Assembly (NCBI RefSeq): GCF_006345805.1
Contig: NC_043002.1
Coordinates: 3,534,001-3,598,000 of the forward strand
Length of the DNA: 64,000 bases
Direction of reading: 5' to 3'
Source of the DNA: Octopus sinensis
Taxonomy: Eukaryota
In this document: piece by piece, positions 60,723 through 64,000 of the stretch
Numbering within the stretch: the first letter of the stretch is position 1
Layout: each line of letters opens with the position of its first letter
Made by a program: the position numbers and the translations under genes
Notes under the pieces: generated by a model
The model's input: the letters and a program-made list of their open reading frames with translations, nothing else
What the model was told of the DNA's origin: nothing
The model's database searches: none

Positions 60723-60729
60723 TTGTCCT

Positions 60730-62000
60730 CACCTCTCCAGACAACAATCCTGTCCTTTCCCTTAGTGGTATATCAGTTTTGGAAAATTCTTGATTTTGGC
60801 AATTATCTCCCTAAGATTTTATATTGTTTGGTATTAGATTCACCTATATAGATAGACAGCAGCAGCAATGCATGGTTAGAAGTAACAAACTGGTTGTTAA
60901 TATAGGGGAGGACAAAATATAGGAAATATAAATGAATCTTTTGAGTAGACCAGGGTTGATAGAGAGAACCAATGGATATAGTGATAGAGCTTAAGAGAAA
61001 ACTTCTGAACCAAGCAATGCCTATGGGCAGGCAACTTTGTGAGGAAGCTAAACGTAATGGAAAGCTTTGATGATGTAAGGGCATCAAGTTTTATGTTCAT
61101 ACATTCTAGAAAGCAAGACTCCATCAGTACATTAAAGAATAAAAGCACCACTCGATTCAGATTTCTGGAAACCATACTGGTTGTCAGTAAGAAAGGAAAA
61201 ACAGGGAAAGGTGATAAAGGATGTGGTTATGTAGGACTGTTTACATTAAGTTTGAGCTTCTGGGAGATCAGTGGTTGGCATAGATATTTATAGAGAAAAG
61301 AAAATCTGAAGAATATGTTGAAGATGCAAGGATAATTTTGGAAGAATACTGTCAGGATGAGACAGTTTGTTGGATCAGAGGAATTGAGGAAATATTTACA
61401 CTTGGTGAGTGTAGGTGGTACAAAAATTGGTGAAGTGGGGAAAGCGAGTTTGGGAGAGGTTTTGGTGCATACAGGCAGTAAATTTATCTACAGGAATGTT
61501 ACTCGTAGAACTACCTTAGCAGAACAAATGAATCTTCAATGTTAGGAGAGATGCACTGGCAAAGGACCAGGAGGCCAGGTGCAGTTTAGCAGGCAAGAAA
61601 GCTTGCAAGTAGCAGATTGCACAAAAGGTGGCTTTTGTTTTTCTAGAGGTTCTTGCTCCTGGTGCTGTAAGCAATACCTATTACTGTTGTACAGGTGCAA
61701 GGAACTATTTCGGTGTTGGGTGGCAATGTAGCATACCTAAGAAAGTGGTATTGACAATCTGTTTAGCTGTCTTGGATGGGTCAAAAGTGAAGAAGACTGT
61801 CTACCAGGAGTTGTCAGCTCAGAACTCATGGTATTCTGAGCATTGAGCTGAATTAAAGTACCAGAAGTGTAAGAATGCCAAGTATAGTATGTAGTCGGTT
61901 GGGAAAAAGGGCAGAAGCCAAGGGTGGGAGGTAAGCATGCAGTTGAGGATGTGGTGGCTGATGAGAATTCTAAGAATACACAAACAACTTGTGGCTTAAA
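60730..62000 (-). mobile_element. Old LINE RT remnant
   Basis: LTDNQYGFQKS (61168-61179 region) followed by an IIKAFH motif resembling DISKAFD; many stops. Confidence 0.6.
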
Positions 62001-62589
62001 CGTTGATGCTGGTGATAGAAACCAGAGTAGAGTTCTCTTTTTGTAGCTCAAAATTAAGATTTATTTAAAAATCAAAGAAATTCAATGTGTAGTTAGCTGT
62101 TTACGGCCCTTTTTCTTTCAATGATAATCAATGAAGCAATAACACAGGAGTTTGTCTTTTGAAAGTCATATATATTGACCACCAGGTCCTTATATGAGCT
62201 GTTGAAGAAAAGGTAGGAAGAGACCTTGAGCTACATGAAGGACATTTCAATAAGATTCAATACTACACACAAAAGGTACACTGAGAAGATTGCTAAGCAA
62301 AACAGGCATCAGAAGTTTCAGGTGAAAAGTACCACCTTCTAAGAGTAGAAGGTACCCTGTTAGAGGAAAACCTAAGAAGCCACGGCAAATAGTGGTGGTT
62401 AGCTGAGTCATATTTACTATTGATGTTTTATTTGCAAGTTTAAGAAAATAAACAAGGGAACATTATATCTAGTAATCCAGAAGAATCATTAATTAAAAGA
62501 AGTCAATTAATGTCTATTACTTAGTTGACCTAATCAGTTATAGAGGTAGCAGTTGTCAAAGGAGAGTAACCAGTTTGAGAATGGAAGGA

Positions 62590-62940
62590 GAGGAAAATTC
62601 AGGAAACAATTACCTCTGTTACCATCAGAGCATTTCAAAATCTCTGAGTGAAGGAAAGATGGCATGACACTTGTGTATGAAGAGCAATTTTGCATAGTAT
62701 TGAAACATGGTCTCCCAATGTGGAGGATACAAAAGAAATAAGGTGAGCCTGCCTGTCGTGTTATATCAGTGTGTGTTAACACTAGACCACTTATGTCCTG
62801 AGAGAGAAAAAGACTAGGCATCAGAAGTATTTGTGGTAATATGTGCACGAAAGACTGAACTGGTATGGAGATGTGATACATATGAAGAAATGACATTTGG
62901 GTGAAAAGTGGCAAAAAATGTTGGTAGAAGGAGCCCGCAT
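62590..62940 (+). mobile_element. Old RTE ORF-end remnant
   Basis: gtgtatgaagagcaattttgcatagtattgaaacatgg..gactgaactggtatggagatgtg resembles 25370-25600. Confidence 0.55.
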
Positions 62941-63119
62941 GAGAGTGGACTGGCTGATGTCAGATGTCCGTGAAAGAGAAGATGAAAGACCATAACATGC
63001 AGAGAGAGGCTGTGTTAAAATTGATCTGTTCAATCCACACTAGATGGAGAAACTGAATGCAAAAATGATGATGTATAAAAAAGCAGAATTCATCAAATAT
63101 CAAGTACAGACACACTCAC

Positions 63120-63159
63120 AGAATCTTTTTAGTCTGATATTTTCTCAAACCAATTTCTG
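63120..63159 (-). other. Candidate 40-nt exon with very strong splice sites
   Basis: tttttctctcttttcag|CAG..ATTCT|GTGAGT; one open frame, EIGLRKYQTKKI. Confidence 0.35.
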
Positions 63160-63869
63160 CTGAAAAGAGAGAAAAACCATTCCTTCCGTATAATCAAAAG
63201 AAAGTGGCCAACACTTTTGAACCTAATGTTGAGTCTTACTCTGAAGTCATTTAACATCATCTATGTCATTAATGTCCTTAGAAAATGGATGAATGCCACA
63301 AGTTGTCATGATCCTTCCATAAAATAAACAGATTTGCTGCTAATTGAAGCAAGTCCAATATAAAAAAACTAAAAAAAAACAAGTAATTTAGAGATAAACT
63401 TAAATAGTTCTTATATTTAGAACTAATCATAGACCATGAAACTAAATTCAAACATTATTTTTTATATAAAAGAAAATCACAATACAACAATTTCCAGATT
63501 GAAGTAAATGTGGACACTAAACAATTACTTTTTTTTTTAAATCAAAGAACTATTCTTTTCATAAAATAAAACCACTATAAAAATAGAAAAAAGCTTATTT
63601 CTTTAATCAATTGAAGCATGGAAGAGTAAAATGAGAAAAAGAATGTTTGGTTGGTTGGCTGGTTGGGCACATGAGAAAAATAAAAAATTAATGTCAGTAA
63701 CGAACAATTTCATGGTGTTTAATGAGATCAAATATTAAAAGTTCAAATACATAATGACTATATTGAAGTAATTACAATCAACTTTGCTGATGTGATAATT
63801 AAAATTGTCCATTACAATATCATTATCATAGATAAATTACTATATTTTTCTATGTTGGCATACAATAAA

Positions 63870-64000
63870 CAATCTAGCATACAGCATACTTCATATCTTA
63901 GACAATCGACCAGGCACTACACACATTAGACCATCCTTCAGATATCAGACAATATACTTCATATATTAGACAATCAGCCACATTAGACCATCCTTCAGAT
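63870..64000. repeat. Imperfect tandem duplication; other short tandems at 5866-5918 (24-mer x2) and 30073-30150 (20-mer x4)
   Basis: atacttcatat.ttagacaatc and cacattagaccatccttcagat each occur twice. Confidence 0.8.

Noticed and set aside
63120-63320. In-frame TGA across a putative exon pair, suggesting selenocysteine
   Set aside because: No selenoprotein motif or SECIS element seen, and the exon model itself is unsupported

Overview
AT-rich, microsatellite-dense animal genomic DNA. The repeat families point to an octopod cephalopod (inference from recalled repeat families, not verified). One clear protein gene is present: an ABRA/STARS-like Costars-domain CDS at 4012-4458 (+). A few candidate exons suggest a long minus-strand gene, at low confidence. 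Most of the rest is mobile DNA: a near-intact RTE-clade LINE (22.5-26.4 kb) with about 30 scattered 3' fragments, CR1-group LINEs, Tc1/mariner remnants, TTAA-ended MITEs, and several tRNA-derived SINE families. The most interesting signals are at the RNA level. (1) Five unrelated hammerhead-ribozyme folds occur, plus a Penelope GIY-YIG remnant; one hammerhead sits in a tRNA-headed element inserted as a head-to-head dimer with a 12-bp TSD (30767-31213). (2) The RTE 3' UTR is a variable tandem array of units each forming a compact H-type pseudoknot, and five truncated copies start exactly at the first base of that pseudoknot. (3) A PHD finger is inserted inside the RTE reverse transcriptase. (4) There are several long foldback structures. 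All structures were read by eye with no folding or database search, and most repeat boundaries are approximate.
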